This document shows, one piece after another, positions 63,149 through 64,000 of a DNA stretch of 64,000 nucleotides. The position numbers and the translations under genes were made by a program. The stretch lies in the NCBI RefSeq assembly GCF_000143415.4, contig NW_003314318.1, forward strand, positions 434,001 through 498,000, in the 5' to 3' direction. Within the stretch, counting starts at the first letter, position 1; each line of letters opens with the position of its first letter. Below the pieces are notes generated by a model that did no database searches, was not told where the DNA came from, and saw only the letters and a program-made list of their open reading frames with translations. This DNA is from Selaginella moellendorffii. Lineage: Eukaryota; Plantae; Lycopodiophyta.

Positions 63149-63426
63149 TCCCGCCCGAGCGCTCTCGAAATCTAGACCTAGTAAGCTAGGAGGAGGAGAT
63201 GTGGATGCGATTACGCGCGGAAACAATCGATCGCTGTGATCTTGACACGCATGGTGCCAACGCGCGCTTATTGAGGAGCCATGCAATGCAAGACGATAAA
63301 ATATTGCCACTCCCGGGCCCTAAACAAAGAAAAAGAAGAGTGAGAGAATAGAAAGATCTGGATTCCTCGTCCTTCTGCGCAAAGCGCCAGCGCCATCGCC
63401 AAGGCTTTCCATTTTCGCCAAATGTT

Positions 63427-63510
63427 ACGTGTCACTTCCAGCGGCACCCACGTGTCCCATGCAAATAGGGCTTACGTGGCACCACCATAGCCAGCCACGC
63501 CGCTTGACGT
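63427..63510. promoter_or_regulatory. Cluster of ABRE/G-box-like ACGT elements upstream of VPE
   Basis: ACGTGTC 63427, CACGTGTC 63449, ACGTGGC 63474, TGACGT 63505. Confidence 0.55.
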
Positions 63511-64000
63511 AAAACAATCGGTTCGATTCCCGGGTCCCTACAAAGTCGGTCTGGTCAGTCACTCCAATCACTTTCTACAAGGGAAGGAAACCAGGAGAAG
63601 CAACCAATGCTTACCTCTCATTGAAAGGATATCATGTCGTCAGTGGCTTTAGATCTTGTAGACTTTGTAGCCATCGTCGGGATTTTTCATTCCGTCCTCC
63701 CAGTCGCCAAATTTGTTACCGCCAAACACGAGCAGCTTCATGCCGACATGGCTACGCAATGATAGGAAAAAAAAAAGGTTTTTTCTTATCGAGAGGCATA
63801 AATCTAGTGAGACTTACTCGGAGCTTACAGCAGACAAGGAATTTATGATCACATCCCACGCAAGCGGGTCGGAAGTTCCCAGATCGACCCTGTTTTGTTG
63901 GAAAGAAAGATTTTTTAGATCGTAATAGAAACTTCCGAGATTTACCAGACTCTTCCGATAGTGTCTTGGTACTCTATATCGCCAATGTTGTGGAAGTAAG

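Overview
This is eukaryotic land-plant genomic DNA. Tight gene spacing, 50-100 nt GT-AG introns and the gene families suggest a compact lycophyte genome such as Selaginella (inference). Host genes are a BTB/NPH3 protein, a FEZ-like NAC factor, two KUP/HAK/KT K+ transporters, an F-box gene, two copies of an orphan single-pass membrane protein, two class III peroxidases, a small Lys-rich protein, a pPLAIII patatin and a vacuolar processing enzyme. Region 7.8-33 kb has a layered history. First came an old KUP/F-box/peroxidase tandem duplication with reciprocal gene loss, then a ~3 kb orphan-gene insert that splits the dead KUP copy. A younger ~8.3 kb tandem duplication joins at a GCT microhomology (24702-24704). 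A Copia element lies in copy 1 only and carries three nested solo LTRs, each with its own 5-bp target site duplication (TSD). An F-box fold-back hairpin sits next to the N gap. Region 37.7-55.8 kb holds three copies of one Gypsy family at increasing stages of C>T/G>A decay; one contains a rearranged insert with a ~1.2 kb inverted repeat. All coordinates and difference counts were read by eye.
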